Positions 47,556-60,600 of a DNA stretch of 64,000 nucleotides are shown here, one piece after another. Every line of letters starts with the position of its first letter. The stretch's first letter is position 1. The position numbers were made by a program, and so were the translations under genes. Origin of the DNA: Takakia lepidozioides (Eukaryota; Plantae; Bryophyta); assembly GCA_030704615.1 (NCBI GenBank), contig CM060732.1, positions 3,100,001 to 3,164,000 on the forward strand, in the 5' to 3' direction. Under the pieces are notes generated by a model. It was not told the origin of the DNA. It ran no database searches and saw only the letters and a program-made list of their open reading frames with translations.

Positions 47556-48177
47556 AGCTCTCTTCCTTGTGGGGGGAATACCAAGCGGGGTCAAGTATGA
47601 CAATCCTAAGCCAATACGAACAGTGGAAGACAAGAGAAATGAACAGATGATCCTGCAAATGGGAGAAAGAATGTATCAACATGGGCAAGACCTGCAAATT
47701 GTTCCAGAAGCAATAAGGGCAGTGGTACAATGGACTGACAATGATCATTTTTGTTCTAAAAATGGAGATCTGCAGGTGACCAAGGAAGAAGGCCATGAAA
47801 TTGGCATGATAAGCTGCATGGAAACCAGGTGGTGGTGGTTGTTTGAGAACAACATTGTTCGCATGAGCCAGACAAAAGTGGCCATGAAGATTATGAGCAG
47901 AGAGAGGCTTTCCTTTGCTGAAGGCCAAGGCATGACAATCAAAAACAATATTATAAACGGACCTCTCCAAGATATCGGGAGAAAAATGGATGGGGAATTA
48001 ACACGATGTACCTGTTGGGAGTACCCTATGATCCGGGAAGAGAAGCTGAATGCAGCTACAAGCTTAGAAATGGAGCAGGAAACGAGACCTAAAGTCATTG
48101 GTTCCAAGTCTGGACACTCAGCCAGTGGGCATGGTCAGAGAGGACCCTGACATTTAAAAATGGAGACACACTACATA

Positions 48178-48902
48178 TGTAGTGTGAAACCAGCGGGGGA
48201 AGGATGTTTGCCACTCACTGAATTTTTGGTGTCTACAGGGAAGAAGTCTAAGGCCTGGAACTAAATTTCTCTAAGTTGATTCTGTTTGAAAGGTGAGTCT
48301 TATGCATTTTTCATTCGTTGAGGGTTTGAAAAATGGAATGGAGTGGTGGCCTGGACTTCAAACCAAGATGGTGCAAAGAGGATGGGAGATGATGCATGTG
48401 TCTTTGGGAACAGTGAGAGAAGGAAGATGCAGCCCACCCACGATCACTGAATGCATAGTGTTTGTTTTGCTTTTGATTTTATGATTCAGCACACTGAATC
48501 TGGAACAAACTGTGCATTAGGGTTCTAGAGTTAAGCATGCCTGCAATTTGGACAGTATAGGGAGATTAACAAAGGGATTTGCTGCACTTTGTCATAGGTT
48601 AGAAATGAGGGACAGGGCATGCAATTGTTAGAATTGGGGTATGAGGTATGTCTGCAGCATACACACTATTGAGGGTAGATTAGTAGAACAACTGTGAATT
48701 ATCAATGCATCTGCATTGCATGTAGAAGGGCTACCTTGGCTGATAGAAAGAACCAGGGTATTTGCATCAGAAAATGGGAGAGAAAACATTGGGAAGAAGG
48801 GAGAGTTGCACGACAAAAGAATGATGAAGGGAGGGCCAGTTGAGAGATAAAGGAAAGACCATGAGTTGCAGAGAATTATCAAGCCTGCACTGTATGGTAG
48901 AT
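48178..48902 (-). repeat. Right arm of the long inverted repeat
   Basis: See left arm. ORF-track peptide SDANTLVLSISQGSPSTCNADALIIHSCSTNLP appears on + at 43522-43812 and on - at 48628-48918. Confidence 0.85.
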
Positions 48903-49418
48903 CCATGTTGTCTTGCATTTTTCAGTGATTACAAAAGGGGGTTCAAGCATATACTGTTTGCAAGTGTTGACCTCATAGGCTGTCATTAACCTGCTGATAA
49001 GCTGTTTGTGTGACTGTATCAGCATGAAAACTTAGCCGGTGTAAGACCAAGTCTTGTTCAGACCTGTTGAACTATGCAGGAGAGGCTTTTACTTGTCCCA
49101 TCCACGTCTTCTTTTCCGCTGCGGCGTGGATGAGGGCTTCATGAACTCTGATCATGAACAACATAGATGCAACCAACCTGTGTGTTAGTTTTAGAGTAGC
49201 AACAAGACCTTTCACTAAGGAGTAAATTAGAATTCGACAGAAGGGGATTTGTGCCCCTTCTTTTCACACTACACCTGCAGGGAGATGAATTCATATGATG
49301 TTCATGGTTTAGCTATCCTTAAAACGATTACTTCGTAATCGTTTATGAAAGCATACCGTCGGACAACCTCTATTGCATGTCTTAGGAAATGGGCAGTAGT
49401 GCTGATAGCCTGTTTTGT

Positions 49419-51368
49419 CTAAGTCATAATCCAGTGGTTAACACTCCCGCATATAGTCGCGAACTGGAGGAAACGATAATGCCACCATGCTAGCCAATTG
49501 ACCATTGCTCCCTCGTCTGATTTCTTTACAGCACCTGACGTTGTCCACCAAGCCCGTATACATGCAAGCTGTGTCTCTACATCATCCAAGGTGGGAGCAC
49601 GCTTCCACGCAAGACACATGGAACGGTGCTCCTCTCTGAAATCTGGTGCCACGAGCTTGGTTGTGTACTGCGACAAGCTCTGCAGAAAATGGAACCCACA
49701 AGATCTCTCCTTGCCTTCCATCGGAACATTGGGGTCTTCCCCGTACACCCTTCGGATGGCAGCCCAATTTGCTTGTGCGTTGTCCGCCATGAAACCATGG
49801 AAATTGGGCGGGGGCAATCCCGCCCTGGCAATCTGTTCGTTTATTCCCTACCAAAGAAGCATCTCCGATTGTGTGTCCTCTCCTTTCATCTCACAAATAG
49901 CAATTGTCATTAGCATCCTGCAGTGGGTGTCGTAGACATGTGCACCCATTGTCACCCACTGGTGATTTATAATTCGCTTGATATGGTCGAACATGACCCA
50001 ACTGTTTGACAAGTCCCCACTCGTCATCCGGTGGACTAGTTCGACGCCGCTGCCAGGCCCACACGTGGACATTTTGAATACGAAACAACGATTTGCTTTA
50101 GTCCCTTGTCCTAGAAACCTACTTCCATGAATGTAGTCATATCCACATCATTGCTTCACCTCCAGAATGGAGTGCATATCCGAGCCTCGCCCAATTCTCT
50201 GTTTGCGTGAGACAATGTGGTTTCGGACATTAGGTGAACAGACGTGCGACACTGACTCCAGCAATGCCTCCATTTCCTTCTCATCGAGAGGAACTCTGTC
50301 GGAGCCGTCTTCCGACATAATTCTGGCCAATGCCATCTTATGGGCGGCCTGCAGCTGTATCTGTTTGGGTTTGGCACCAGGTCTCAACTTAACCTCCTCC
50401 TGAACGAGCTGCTCTGCCTCGTGGGCAGCCTCCCGCGAGTTCCCCCTCGCCAATTTGTGAAAATGGGAACCAACGTGTATGCAAGCTTGTGTGAGGTCAG
50501 GGAAACGGCGCAACACATAGAACTGCTTGGCATTACAAGCAGACATGCAATGTGGTGGTTCTTTGCAATGCGCACACTTAAATGTGGAGTTTGGAACCTT
50601 CTCCTGAGCTCGAAATGGTTGATGAGCTGTGCCTGTCCAGTCCGTTTCTTTCCTGTGACCTCTGGATTTAAAGTGGAAGCAAGTTGGGGAGAAACACCGC
50701 AACGCGCCCGCACAAACAACGTAGCGCACCCGCACACCATCGAGCATCTTCATGCTGGTGGTTTTGGTGACGCACCAATGATGACCGTCATGTCTCATAT
50801 CCATATCTGTCAACATTCCGGACGCTCTCGAATAGTCCGTTCGAGGAGGGAACTCAAAGAAGATATTACCGTCGACGTCTGCGGGAAGGCATGTCACGGA
50901 TTTAATTGCGAACTTGTTGTAGTCCAGCCCAGCCAGCTCCGAGCGGTGTCCCTCCATGTGAAGCCCTCGTAGAATTTCAAGAATGGATCGAGTTGCTGAG
51001 CTCGTGCTGGGAATATGACTCCCTCGTCCGCTGATGTCCACTGAGGACTTGCCCGATCTCCAGGATGATCTTGGAACTTCCATGACCTCGTCTGAGTCGG
51101 ACAAGTTGTGAACAACCCGGTTCTCGCTCATCTTTATTGATGGGGTCGGCTCTGGATTTACTTTGTTGCGGACTTCTCTCTTTGAGGTACCCACTCTCTG
51201 ATTCGCGGATTGTTTCGTGGAAGGCGTCAGGATAGAAGGCGCATTCAATGGCGGGCAAATGAAGTCCCCAACAGCCCCGTATATGACGCTGTCCGATTTC
51301 CACTCGCCATTCCCTGCCGTCGCCGAAATCATCGTGGAGCACAACAATACTTTCGACTGCAACTCCAT
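49419..51368 (-). pseudogene. MULE family member E4: diverged transposase (GCM-like domain, D1/D2, CxxH), 3' truncated
   Basis: HDGHHWCVTKT..CAGALRC..CAHC..IHVGSHFH; WVMFDHIKR; FMADNAQANW; CGFH. Colinear with the E1 transposase. Confidence 0.88.
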
Positions 51369-52098
51369 TTGAATCCTTCATTTCCTCCTCCAAAAATACC
51401 GACCCCGGTTTCAGGTGGTATCAAACGCAGAGATATTTCTCCATCACCCAGCAAATCTCCTCTCTGCACGGAAATGTAGCTCTATGCTCGTGAGGAGGGC
51501 AGTACACTATAGCGCTCGGGTTTTCTGGAGATGTGCACACAAGACTGCCAGGACGGTGTTCGGGCAAGCGCCCTGGGAGAAGGGGGGATGCAGCGAGGGG
51601 AAGGAATGCAGGGCCGATTTTTCCAAGCGACGAAGCCTATTCACGAATCCGGGGAGCCCACTCTCCACTGTTAGATTGTTAATGAACCTTGTCTCTAGAA
51701 TGCGGCCCCTGGCCTTTGCGGAATAACTGCCAATGGTATGCAGTCAGAAGGTATATGACCTGTGCAGATGCGCTGCGCAAACCAATAATTATGGCGTCTG
51801 ACAAGAAGCCTGGAGGGGCGAGCTTGCAGGCACCTTCCCCATGGACAGAGGGAACTGACGGAGGTGGCATTCCAGTGGGTCTGATTGCAAGATTGAGTGC
51901 CAGACCCTCGCTGCCAAAAGTCAACATTCAACAAAATGCAACATTGCGCAAAAAGTGGAACTTTGGTTCAAATGAGACATTTTTATTAATAATGAACTGT
52001 GACAAGTATGCATGCCCTCACAAGCTGAGGGAAGCCAAAAGTATGCATGCCGTCCATGCTCAGGTAAGTTGGGAATTTTCTTCCGTGTTGCACTATTC

Positions 52099-52610
52099 TC
52101 ACCAAGAAGTTGGAACCTCGATTGGCCTCAACAAGCTCATGACTGACAGGGTGTCGGTAGGTGAAGACAATGGATACAACCCGTTCTCCTTTGGTGTAGT
52201 GGACAACGGTGTCATGTCCTCCGATATATGCACCATCGTAAATCGAGATCTTTGTTGTGGAGACTCTGTGTCCATAGGACTCATCCTCGTAGCTTATGAG
52301 AATGTCCCCATACACTGTTTGCGATGGAATCCTCTCTGGCACGTACGTACACCCGATGCAATCCTCGTAGGCCCACTGGCAGCACCTCCAATGATGTAGG
52401 AAGGACGTGCGGCTTTTGAGGATGTTCTATGTAGGCGGATACTGCAGATCAACGATTCGCAGGCACCAAAGCCGCGCAAGCCCATCCCCGCGAGACTGAT
52501 CGTGGAAGCCAGGAAGGTACTCAAGAGCGGACAGGTGCACCCTCCTCTGCTGAGAGTGGTCTATCCAATCCTGCAGGTATATGAAAATATCCCGTGACTT
52601 GGGCGAGAAG
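52099..52610 (-). pseudogene. Second, diverged copy of ORF-X, truncated at the G3 LTR
   Basis: DIFIYLQDW..LSALEYLPG..RGDGLARLWCLRIVD and YGDILI..KISIYDG..GHDTVVHYTKG..IVFTYRHPVSHELV..IEVPT align by eye to E1 ORF-X. Confidence 0.65.
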
Positions 52611-55600
52611 TCATCACGGTCCAATGGGACCGTGGTGAGTGGGCCAAGACTCACCGCGACTCATCACCGGGAATCGAGGGTTTTCGTGGGTTTTCGCCAT
52701 AAAATGGCATGGTTGTTTGTGAAACCCCCGCGGACAGTCACAGAAGTATATATAGGGAGTAGTAACCCCGAGAACGGTGCAAGCCCGTTGGTGACCAAAA
52801 ACTAGTGAGTAAGCGTGCGAGCCGGAAAGCGTTCAGGGTATGGGGAGCTATTCCGGACTGCCATCGACCAAAGGGAATTTCCACTAGGCCCAAATTGGGA
52901 GAGGGTCTTGTGGAGGAGTAAAGGGGGACCGCTATGTCCCGGTGAGCAGCCGAAGCTCCGAGTTGGCCCGGCGGCCAGTTAGGGAGTTAGGCGCGCGCAT
53001 CAGAGCGAGTAACTATGACTTGAAGGGGAGCTTACCAAAGTGAGGTGCGCGACACTTGGGATCAGTGCCAGGTTTAGTACGCGATCGTCTTTGGGATCGG
53101 CCTCATCATGGGGTCAAGTAAGCCAAAGCGGAACGGCCCGAAAGATGATGATCCTGGTGAGCCCGATGGGGGCGACCTGTCACCGAAGCGGCCATTTGAG
53201 TAAGCGATGCAAGCTTTTGAAAATGAGGCCGCTCAAGAACGGGAGGAATATGAGGAGTCAGAGCCCGAGGAATTCCAGAGAGCTCCGACAGACCAACAGA
53301 TGCCTCCCATGCCAGCAGCATTTTGGGAAGGGTTGTGGGCGAGACGTTGAAAGACGTGTTGAAGGTGGCTAATGCCACTTCCACTAAGGCAAAGTTTAAG
53401 GTGAAGCCTAAGGAACCCGGCACTTTCGAGGGCATCCGAAATCGGAAGGCACTCAACACCTGGCTCTTGGAGCTAGAGCAGTACTTCCGGGCGGCCAAGT
53501 TGAGTGACGAGGATCGGGTGGAAGTGGCTCCCACCTATTTTGAGGGCTATGCTCAACAATGGTGGCAGAAACGCTTTCACAACCGAGGTCCAAACCCGGA
53601 AACCTTGAACTGGAGTGGGTTCAAGGAACTGATGAAGAGACAGTTTGTGCCCCTCAACGCGTCCTGGCTCGCTCGGGACAAGATGACGAATCTGAAGCAA
53701 ATGGATGACATTCGGGGATATGTTCAGGCTTTCAATGTGCTGTTGCTCGAAGTCGCGGACATGGCAGAACCAAAAATGGTCTTCAACTTTGTGGCGGACT
53801 GGCCCCATGGGCCAGACGGAAGTTGGAGAGAAGCCACCTAAGACTTTGAACGAGGCAATTGAGAGGGCTGAATGTTTCTCGGATGTCCCAGGGGCGAAAG
53901 ACAAGGCTGTACGGAGCTGAACCACAAGAAGACCTGACGGAGGGTGACTCCTTCCGACCGAAAAGTGGGATAGGCCACGCGGCGACAATGGCACATGGAA
54001 ATCAAAGGGAGGGCCCTCACACATCAAGACGACACCCGGTGCCCCGAAAGGAAAACCAGGTGCGGCGGCTTATGGCGGCCAGAAGGCGACCTTCGATGGA
54101 GCGTGCTTTAATTGCGGGGAACCCGGGCACATGGCAAAAAAGTGCGCGAAACCCCGACAATTGAACATGACTCGGGCAACAACGGAGTTGTCCGAGGATT
54201 CCATTAGCCGCTTGGTGGAGGCAGTGGTTGCCAAGACTTGCAAGGTAGGCAACTACTCTTGTGAGTTGTATCAGGAGACTGGCGCCCTACGTAAAGGGAG
54301 TCAGTTATTGTTCGTGAGTGGGATAATTTCCGGAACTAACGTGTCGTTGTTGGTGGACACACGAGCGTCGCACTCCTTCATGACACCGGTAACGGCACGG
54401 AAGCTGGGACTCCCGACAAGTGATGTGGGGGCCTCTATTGAGGTGCGTTCTGCCAAAAGAGAACCACAACTGGCGACGAGGTTGGCGTTCGATGTTCCTC
54501 TTCAGCTCGGGAGTTGGGAGGGACGTGAGAACTTCACCATTTGCGAGATCGATGGAGTGGATCTCATTTTGGGAATGACCTTTTTGAGCAAATCCGGAGC
54601 GGTCATAGCTGGCCGTAAGAGAGTAGTCACGCTACGGTGTGGGAATGGTGGCAAAGTTTTAAGAGTGTCGGAAACGCCTAACCCAGTGGGAGGGCGAATA
54701 AACCTGTTGACAGCAAAGGACACTACAACAGATGAGCGTTTTTATGACTGCACATATGACTATTTTTTCAGTCCTATATGCGTTCATGACTATATCACTC
54801 TGCAGTGAAAAAAGCCCTGTCATAGCGACTAGTCTTTAGGACTGCGTTTTGCAAGTCATAGCCGTGACTGCGTGCATGGCACCTGGTGTCATGCTGTAGA
54901 GAGGATGTAGTCACAACTATATGATTTATATATGACTAACTATATGACTACATGTCTACAAAGTATAACTCCATTGGAGAGGCGTCAAAGAGACATATGT
55001 AGCACTCCGGATGTGACACGTGTCCACATGGACAACATATATGACCCACACGTGGGAAAGAATATTGTATCATATAATGCCACGTTGCCATGATGTAGTC
55101 ATGAGTATATAACTTCATGACTAAAGAGGTTTTTTTAATATATTTTAATTTAATAAATTAAATCATACAATTTGTTGTCTTTTATTTTTTATTTTATTTT
55201 TGTTAACAAAGAGGGACAGTGGGGGACAGTGGCCTCTAGAACTTTATAGGTAATGGACATAAAATGTCCTTGGATACAAAGAGGAAAAATAACCTCTGGA
55301 TAGAGTGCTATAGAGGCTGAAGAGGAAGACACAGCTTCGCGTACCAAGACAAGAAAGAGTAGTAAAGAAGGCAAGCAAAGAAGGGGTCTGCATAGAGCTA
55401 AAGAGTCTAGCAGGAAAAGAGACTGCAGCCAAAACTACTGCCATAACTTGGAAATAAAAGGCACCGAGCTAAGGAGAAGAACTGAAAATCAGCTAATAAT
55501 GTCATAAGAAAGCTGGGCCCTAGGCCTAGCCTTCCACTTCCTAAAAGATCTACAGATGGAGAGACATCCCTGCAGGGGTCGTGCTCTTCAGCTCAAGACC

Positions 55601-55784
55601 AACCAATTGATCATCTATCCATGCAGGTTTCTTGTAGCTATCCTTCCACAGGGAATCATATGTAATCTGGAGATTGAAATCCGGCCCTCTTGGATGAATC
55701 TGGACCCATGCACTCTATCCCTGCTCCTTCAGCTATCCATGCCTCTGCACAAATCATATATATATGTATCATGTATTAGAGGAG

Positions 55785-55791
55785 GAGAGAG

Positions 55792-55830
<39 letters not shown>
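55785..55830. repeat. (GA)n microsatellite
   Basis: Direct inspection. Confidence 0.95.
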
Positions 55831-57094
55831 TCATTACCATGTCACATTCCCAATCTCTGGGGGGAGCTTAAGAATACAGTTCGTAATCAAAAAAGCCCTT
55901 AAAAATACTGGCTTGGTAATTCTTGGTTCAAATAGCTTAAACAAGTATGTTGTAAGCTCAACAGGTCTTTGAGAAAACCATTCCAGCAGGCGTAAGAGTG
56001 AGAGCTTTGATGAAAACAATTCCCTATTACAACAGCTTTAAAGGACTTGTATGTTCCTAAAAGCACAAGCTGAACTGATTGTACTTCCATAAGTAGATGC
56101 AGGGCTATGGTATGTATCCAGGGCCTTATCCAGTCACTCTGCCAAGTTTTAGAGAGATCCTCAAAATACCAGTCTGTAATCAGGTTATAATCTCCATGGG
56201 GGAGCCTGAAAGAATGTATGTGTTCTTAAAAAGGCTTACCCAATGCCTTACTTAATACATTCTAAACTGGTGAGGCATAAAACAACACTGTCTGACTCTC
56301 CAAAAGGCCAGAAAACAGGTCTAGAAAAATGCATCCAATGTCACACTTGCATCACCAAACCCTTGTCATCACAACCAGCCCAAACCTTCACAATAAGGTC
56401 TGATTTCTAGGAGCCCAGCCCATTTACTTCCCTGACTTAATAGATTTGGTTACCAAGAACCAGAAATCAAAGTAAAGGTTTAAGGCATATCCCCCTTGAA
56501 GCAGCTTTGAAGCAGAAAATTGCAACAACGGCAGCTTGCAGCATATCTTATCCCTCCTGCAGTAACCAGATCATCTGCAAGCCAAAGAGTTCATGCCAAG
56601 TGAAATCCCTCACCTGCGCCCGTCCCAAAAACAAACACAAAAAATGTTTTGTGCTTTAGTGAGGATGCGCGAGGTGAATTACAGGATTTCACAGTTGCTA
56701 TCCATGTCAGGTATGAGCCATAAAGCATGCAAAGAGAACCAGCAGAAGAAAGCATAGATGTGACCCCACAAAGAACCTCAATCTTTTGTGGAGTAGGACG
56801 CTGCAGTGTTCATCATCTGAATTTGAACGAGCACAACAGAATGCAACGGGAGGAGAGTTGAGGACAGGTTGTATCTTGTAATACATGCCGCTTCCCCACC
56901 TCCATAACCGCCGCTGCTTCATCAATGAGGAAAAAACGTAGGCAAACATAACAATATGTCATTTGCCATCGCGGGAGATGAAAGTGTCTGCCGTCATCGC
57001 GCGTTCAAAAAACAAGAACACACCCGTTCAGATCTTGCTGCTCGGGCATTCAGCCGCCATCGAGCATTCGTCCGCCATCGCCCTCTGAAAGTAT

Positions 57095-57610
57095 CCAAAA
57101 ACAGGTAATAGAGATGAGGAGAAGCTTTGGAATGAACACTTTTCCTACCCCAGTCAATGGCGAGACAATGGAGACAAAAAGGTGAATGCATGTTGGACTA
57201 CACTAGATTGAAGTAGATGCAATTTAGAATTAGAACTACTGTAATAATTAGGGTTGGGGTTTGCTGGAAGAACTTCATGCCGTCAGTGTCAGCTGCTAGC
57301 AGCAAGTATTCATGATTTGAGGGATGGAGGCTTTGGAGACCTATGAGCAAATTATGAGGGAAGGGATACTGAAGCCCGACCACATAACGTGTGTATGTGT
57401 TTGCAATGTGTGTGCAAGCCTGGCAGCCCTGGAAAAGGGCAGAAGGTCTATGGTTGCATCGTCAAAGCTGCAAATGTACCAGATGTCATTTTGAACACTC
57501 CCCTGGTGGACAATACGTATGCCAAATGTAGGTGTAGCAAGGATGCAAAGGGAGTATTCAACAACATGGCTGAACAAGATGTGGTGTCTTGGAGTACCAT
57601 GATGACCACC
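57095..57610 (+). pseudogene. Captured OSB-like exon (RDEEKLWNEHFSYPSQWRDNGDKK) followed by a PPR fragment, inside the CACTA
   Basis: PDF-motif half at about 57105-57181. PPR residues GQKVYGCIVKA..NTPLVDNTYAKC..DAKGVFNNMAEQDVVSWSTM. Confidence 0.7.
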
Positions 57611-60600
57611 TTCCCCGGTGACTCTCTCTCTCTCCCTCTCTCCAACTACTTGTTTGGGGATTATCAATTTTTTTCCATAATACTTATTTTGGAAATACTA
57701 TATATTTTTAATCCCAATTTTTAAGGTTTCATCCATACTGAATGAAATTTTTGTTATAACCATAACTGGATGATTTATAGGCAGATATGCATTTCAACGC
57801 ATTTTAGGTTTATGCTCCTTTGATTTAAACCTATTGAATGCCCATTTTTCATCCTGGTCTGATACCATCCATACCGGATGGTGGATGATATCGCGGGTGG
57901 TTTTCCTTTAAGTGTCTCTCTGCCCTAGACACAGCACGATATCTTGCATATTTTTTTTCATGACCCATAGAGGATTTGACCGACCATCAGCCCCAAATGA
58001 CCCCTTGTGTGTGCTGCTTGTATCTGTAGTCAGGTAATGTTGGATTGGTATGTGAGATCGAACCACCACGGTGCAGCTGAGCAGGCAGAGATTGAAACAC
58101 GGCCTGCTGAGACCAAGCTGACTCTCCCAAGAACGGCGAGCGTCTCCTCGTCTCGTCTCTCTCCCAAAAACAGCGAGCTCACAAGAATGTTGGGATCTTC
58201 TCCTCGTCTCCTCTCCTCCTCCTCTTCTCCTTCCTGCATCATTTGCTCAAGAGTAGGAAGGTCTGCAAAGCCTCCATCCCACGCCCCTGCATATCCTGCG
58301 ATCATCGCGTTCCATGACACAACATCAAATAGATGGTGAAACGCAGGAGACAAAAAAGCCTAAGTCCCAGCCCGGTGTAAAGTTCAGCGGTGTAATCTTA
58401 AACCGTTAGATCTTAAACAATCTAGACCGCTAGATCCTATAAAATCTAACGATTCAAAATAATTTCCATCACATGATCTAACCTTGTACAACCACGTATT
58501 TTAATCTCATATATCTTGCGATCCTTGTTAAGCCACGTCCATCCAGGTCCAATTTATTGAACAAATATCAAATCGACACACACCGTATAGGCGGATGGAT
58601 GAACCCATCCATTGAATGAATTCATTAATGTATATGCCTTTTAAATGACATGTGTAGTGATGTAGTCATATATATAGAGTTATGAAACAATTTGCAGTAA
58701 GGGACTCATAAGTTTACATGCCATGTCATCGATGGATAAACTCATCCAATGGATGAATACGTTCATGTATGTGCTTTCAAAATGACACGTGTAGGGATGT
58801 AGTCGTATAAATAGAGCTGTAAAACCATCTTCAGTCATGGAGTCACAAGATTCCATGAAACGTCGTCCATGTCTAGTCAAACATATCACACTAGTCATAA
58901 AACCATCCTTGTCATCATGGTCAACAATGTTTGACCAATGCTCCCTAATTTTCTGGAGTCATGTAGTGATATCCATTACTATAAAGTGATAAAACTATGA
59001 CTGCAACGCATTTCAGCGCTCTGTAGTCGTATACCTAGTGTGACTCCGCCAAATCCGTAGTCCTAAAAACGCTCATCTCTTGTAGTGGGAGTGGGCCGTG
59101 GAGGAGCCACACGAGCCCCAGTTTCTGCTTTACGTGAGACAAGTGAAGGGAGAACACAATAGGGAGCCAAGCCCAGATTCGATCAAGGGAATTTTGGAGA
59201 AATACCAGGATGTGATGTCGGAGGATTTACCAAGCGGCTTGCCACCGCGAAGATTGAGGTGATACCGGGATCGGAGCCACCTGCCAGGGCGCCCTACCGG
59301 TTGAGCCACATAGAGTTGGTCGAGCTGAAGACTCAGCTCAAGGATCTAATGTCAAAGGGGTACATCCGGCCGAGTAAGTCACCTTACGGAACCCCGGTGC
59401 TATTCGCAGACAAGAAGGATGGGACGCTGCGGATGTGTGTCGATTACAGGTCTCTAAATAAGGTGACTATAAAAAACCGGTACATTTGCTAAGGATCAAC
59501 GACCTCTTTGATCGGTTGGCAGGAGCGAAGTATTTAAGCTGGATCGATTTGCGCTCCGGCTACCATCAAATTCGAGTGGCGGAAGGAGACGAGGAGAAGA
59601 CCGCGTGCAAGACAAGGTATGGTTCATATGAGTTCTTGGTGATGCCTTTTGGGCTCACCAACGCCCCCGCGACCTTTAGCACGCTAATGAACAGCCTTTT
59701 CCAGGAGTGGTTGGATGACTTTGTGATCGTGTACATCGACGACATCTTGGTGTACTCGAAAACAAAGTAAGAGCATCTGGAGCACCTAAAAGGGTGTTCC
59801 AGAAATTACGGGAAGGGAACTGTATGCCAAAGCTTCAAAGTGCGAATTCGGGTTCACCAAAGTGGAGTTCCTGGGCATGTGATTACACAGGATGGGATAA
59901 AAATGGATGACAGAAAGATGAGGCCGATCTTGGACTAGGAGCCTCCGACTTCGGTCCCGGGAGTGCGATCATTCTTAGGACTCGCCTCCTATTACCCAAA
60001 GTATGTGAGAAATTTTGCCAAGATCGCGGGGCTGTTGTCAGACCTTCTGTGTAAATCCAAGGTATGGGTGTGGAACACCTTTGTGGCCAAGCTTTTGCGA
60101 GTTGAAGCAGCGGATGATGGAAGCTCAGTCCTGAAAATCCGGAGTTCAACCGCCCATTTGAGATTCATACGGATGCGTCGGACTTCGCGATTGGAGGTGT
60201 ACTCATGCAGGATGGATGTCCAGTGGCTTATGAAAGTAAGAAACTGAATGAAGTGGAGCGACGGTGGCCAACGCACGAGAAAGAGATGAAAGCGGTGGTG
60301 CATTGCCTTGAGCTTTGGCGCCACTATGTTGGTTCCAACCCGGTGAAGGTATTGACAGACAATGTCACAGTGAAGTATTTTACCACGCAACCTAAGTTGT
60401 CCCCAAAACACCTTAGGTGGCAAGACACTTTGGCGGTGTTCGACGTGGATATCCAGTACAAACCGGGACGGGACAATGTGGTGGCCGATGCTTTAAGTAG
60501 AAAGCAGCAGCTCATGCTAGTGTACAAGGGCGAGACGGCGCTCCAGAGGAAGATCCGGAAGGCTTACCGGAAGGATGAGATGGCAAAGTCTGTGATGCGG

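Larger units (their letters stand above)
54721..59087. mobile_element. Non-autonomous CACTA (En/Spm) element carrying gene fragments (Pack-CACTA)
   Basis: 24-bp TIRs CACTACAACAGATGAGCGTTTTTA / TAAAAACGCTCATCTCTTGTAGTG with 1 mismatch. 3-bp TSD GGA (54718-54720, 59088-59090). ATGACT/AGTCAT subterminal repeats. No transposase recognised. Confidence 0.95.

Noticed and set aside
47266-48150. 294-aa ORF as a real gene
   Set aside because: It is a chimera of a degenerate PPR piece and unrecognised sequence inside a rearranged insert, with no independent support.
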